Below are positions 61,249-64,000 of a stretch of DNA of 64,000 nt, piece after piece. Origin of the DNA: an uncultured delta proteobacterium (GTDB taxonomy: Bacteria; Desulfobacterota; Binatia; UBA9968). The notes below the pieces were generated by a model that worked only from the letters and a program-made list of their open reading frames with translations, was not told the DNA's origin and did no database searches. The position numbers were made by a program, and so were the translations under genes. Location: assembly GCA_963737905.1 (NCBI GenBank), contig CAVTUQ010000009.1, forward strand, positions 128,001 to 192,000. The letters run 5' to 3'. How positions within the stretch are numbered: the stretch's first letter is position 1; each line of letters opens with the position of its first letter.

Positions 61249-61641
61249 GTCGTATCCCCCTTAGCCTAGCAATCGAGCAGTGTTCCGACGACAAGCAAAG
61301 AACAAGCTGAAGCACACGGCTAGGCATCTGCAGAAGAATTGCTAAAAAAAGCGGCTGGAGTTAGTAGCGGGTGGTGAGCAACTTACATTTCGAATTTCCC
61401 GCGTGCTTCAGTTGTTCGTCCTGTGTCGTTCATAGAGCAAACAATATGCCCGCTATTGAAAGGATTGTTGTTTTTGAATTGCCCACAGGCTGGCTGTCAA
61501 GAAAACCCTACACTCAGTAAGCAAATTGTCAGGATTTTGAAAACACCTTGTGGAAAGGGGAGGGGGGGCTGCTCGCTGTGCAACTCGTTACGACCGGTTG
61601 ACAGCAGCCGCGGATACTTCACCAACTCGATCCTGGGTGAA

Positions 61642-62715
61642 TCATACGATCGATGCGAGTTTTTCAACGGGTGGGAGTTGCAGATTGACTCCTTTTTTTT
61701 CGAGCTCCTTTTCGAACAACATTCGAATCTCTAGATCCTCGTTCTCGTACCGGATGAGATCCATTTTATCGCCCAAGACGTGGCGTTGCTCACCGTAACG
61801 CCACTTGGGACCATGCCCTCTCATGGCGACTTGCTTCAGTGGAATTTTCCCCGCATTGAAGTGTTGATGATACATCCGCCCGAAGGGCGAGAAGATACTT
61901 CCGGGCTTGAAATCATATTTCTGTCTCTTTTCACCCTCGAACCACGCTAGATCGTATCCTTCTCCGTCGATGATAAGCACCATCGCACCCGGATAGTGTC
62001 GGTGCGCTTGGTCATATGTGCCCACGGGGATTTCATGAATATGGCAGCCCAACACACCCTCACCTAAGCTGAACCTCATGTGCGAAATCCCGTAGCCCTT
62101 CGCATTCCACACATCCAGCTTGAATGTGCGCACGTCCGCGACGAAATTGGTCTCCCAGTTGTGCGATCCTCTCTGCTCACCCACTTGTTGAAAATAGTCG
62201 CCTTCGCCGTTGAATCGGTCCAGAAAGGAATAGGGATTATTGAAGATAAAGTTTTCTGAATGGTAGTAGTTGAGCGAATAGATCAAGTTTGTATAGGCGA
62301 GAAAACGAACGGGCTCTGCCGAAGAGCCGTTAAAATGTTGGTGCCAGGCATTGAGCGGAATCGCAAAAAGACTTCCCGCTTGCCATTCGAAGGTCTGTTT
62401 GGCTTGGCCGGTTTGCCATATCGAAGTCGCTCCTTTGCCACTGAGAACATAAATGATCTCTTCGAATAGATGATGTTCGACGTTGAGTGCCTCTCTGGGC
62501 GGAATTTCAGCGATGTAGCCGTCGCTCTCTTCTCCTCCGCCTAAGTTGAGATAGGCGCCTTTCCCTCCCAAACGCCGCCAATCTTCCAGCGGCAGCGTCA
62601 TCGTATCTTCGACGAAGCATCCTGTGTAGACCGGAATCGCTTCCTTTTCCTGCCATTTTTTGTATGGGCTTTTTTCCGACCATCCGTCACGATCGCCAAA
62701 TGCTCCAACATCCAT
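61642..62715 (-). CDS. Bicupin protein (gentisate-dioxygenase-like fold)
   Basis: HHLFEEIIYVLSGKG...PLNAWHQH and AHRH...HQHFN; AAGGAG RBS before MDVG (alternative start 62811). Confidence 0.85.
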   Translation of the reverse strand: MDVGAFGDRDGWSEKSPYKKWQEKEAIPVYTGCFVEDTMTLPLEDWRRLGGKGAYLNLGGGEESDGYIAEIPPREALNVEHHLFEEIIYVLSGKGATSIWQTGQAKQTFEWQAGSLFAIPLNAWHQHFNGSSAEPVRFLAYTNLIYSLNYYHSENFIFNNPYSFLDRFNGEGDYFQQVGEQRGSHNWETNFVADVRTFKLDVWNAKGYGISHMRFSLGEGVLGCHIHEIPVGTYDQAHRHYPGAMVLIIDGEGYDLAWFEGEKRQKYDFKPGSIFSPFGRMYHQHFNAGKIPLKQVAMRGHGPKWRYGEQRHVLGDKMDLIRYENEDLEIRMLFEKELEKKGVNLQLPPVEKLASIV

Positions 62716-62807
62716 CGGTATCTCCTTGTAGGTTACTTCAACGCGCTGCAGGTCACTTAAAGTCGGTAACCTCGCGGCCACTACGGCATAGCGATTTATT
62801 TCACCTA

Positions 62808-63878
62808 TCATTTCAGACCAAAGAGGTCCCGGTACAGTTTCGCGTAACGATCGAAGTTAGCGCCCAAAAGTTCCGGGCTCATCGGGACGGTCTTGGGGTC
62901 CCCGAGTTTTGGATACCTTTGTTGTTGACCTCTCCGCGCGGGGCTTCGCCCGATTATCATGCCGACAAAATGCTGTGCTTCACTTGAAAGCGCCCAATCG
63001 ATGAACAGGGCAGCCGCGTACGGATGCTGAGCACGCTTGGCCAACATGAACATCTTCGGAACCGAGACGACTGGATCAAGAAAAAGCAGCCCAACCGGTG
63101 CGCCGTTTTCCATCAGCATCATGAGTCGATGAGAATAGAGCCATGGCGCCGCGGCAATCTCTCCTGCTGCCAAGAGTTGTGCCTGAAGCGTATGACCGCT
63201 GCGGAATTCGATTTGTTGATTGGCAAGCCTTTTGAAATATTGCAGCGCGCGCTCTTCGCCCCAGGCGTCGAAAAACACCCGAAAAATGTCGCCGTCGTCT
63301 TTATCCAGAGAGAGTCTGCCCTTCCAGGTTGGCAGCAATAGGTCGTCGTAGTTCTTGGGCAATTCGGATTCCTTGACGTAGCGTTTGTTGTAACCCAACG
63401 CCACCGGCAAGTAGGAGTATCCGTGCTACAATCGTTTCGGATCGACGAACTCCGCGCGAATCGCCGCGCTTTCCGGCGAATTGTACGGGTCAATCAGGCC
63501 GCGATCGATTAAGTTAGCGGCGGTAAGCGATGCTGACTCGATGACGTCTGCCGAATGCTTGCCGGCGCTCGCTTCGATGGCGACCTTGTTGTAAATCCCA
63601 CCTTCATTAGAGCGATAGTGGTCAATAGAAATGTACGGATGCGATTTACGAAACAACTCGAGGAAGGGCCGAGAGGCATCGACTCCGAGTGTTCCATAGA
63701 AAACCAATTTGCCTTCCTTCTTGGCACCCTCCGCAAGTTTGGACCTGTGCTCGGGGTTCTTAAAGTCCAGCGCCTTCAAAGCTTCAGCCGAAGGCTGGGC
63801 GGACGCCAAATCGAAACGAACCGCGACGATCAGAACAATCGCTGCCAGGACAGCGGTTTGTCGCTTGAGTGCAGCCAT
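62808..63878 (-). CDS. ABC substrate-binding protein, AfuA-like, frameshift near 63420
   Basis: GAKKEGKLVFYG in the N-half; LLAAGE and HPYAAALFIDW in the C-half. Confidence 0.85.
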
Positions 63879-64000
63879 GCTTTTCCTCCTGAGTCAAAAA
63901 CCAAGCGCTCTTCCGAGTCGTAGTTTCCGGGTAGGGCAGCAAGAGTTCTTTTCAATTCTACGAAACAGTGTTACGCGAGCAGAACGGGTGCACCGCGCTC

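Noticed and set aside
28031-63878. Programmed frameshifting or mass pseudogenisation (about 12 split genes)
   Set aside because: Single-base indels, several in homopolymers, with both halves otherwise intact and no shared slippery motif. Long-read consensus error is the simpler explanation; read polishing would decide.

Overview
A GC-rich bacterial chromosomal segment dominated by catabolic and uptake genes: amidohydrolases, crotonases, acyl-CoA dehydrogenases, a CoA ligase and CoA-transferase, LLM, VOC and cupin enzymes, about 8 ABC-type solute-binding proteins with no permease in the window, and a tripartite tricarboxylate transporter locus (tctB-tctC x4-tctA). The gene repertoire resembles uncultured soil Candidatus Binatia/'Deltaproteobacteria' MAGs; this is an inference. 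I saw no rRNA, tRNA, CRISPR array, transposase or phage genes. About a dozen single-base frameshifts, several in homopolymers, suggest an error-prone long-read assembly. The most striking unexplained structure is non-coding: many gene junctions carry short palindromic elements built from tandem 7-9 bp units (several unrelated families, with a GTTCAA/TTGAAC family the most frequent). Some are nested inside one another, and one sits in frame in a protein linker. Other points of interest are a 184-nt rod-like inverted-repeat element, three sigma54-type promoters in front of small orphan exported/membrane proteins, a stand-alone double subtilase-prodomain protein, a cyanobacterial-type GlgC, and a heteromeric ACAD + Cys-less thiolase + DUF35 cluster.
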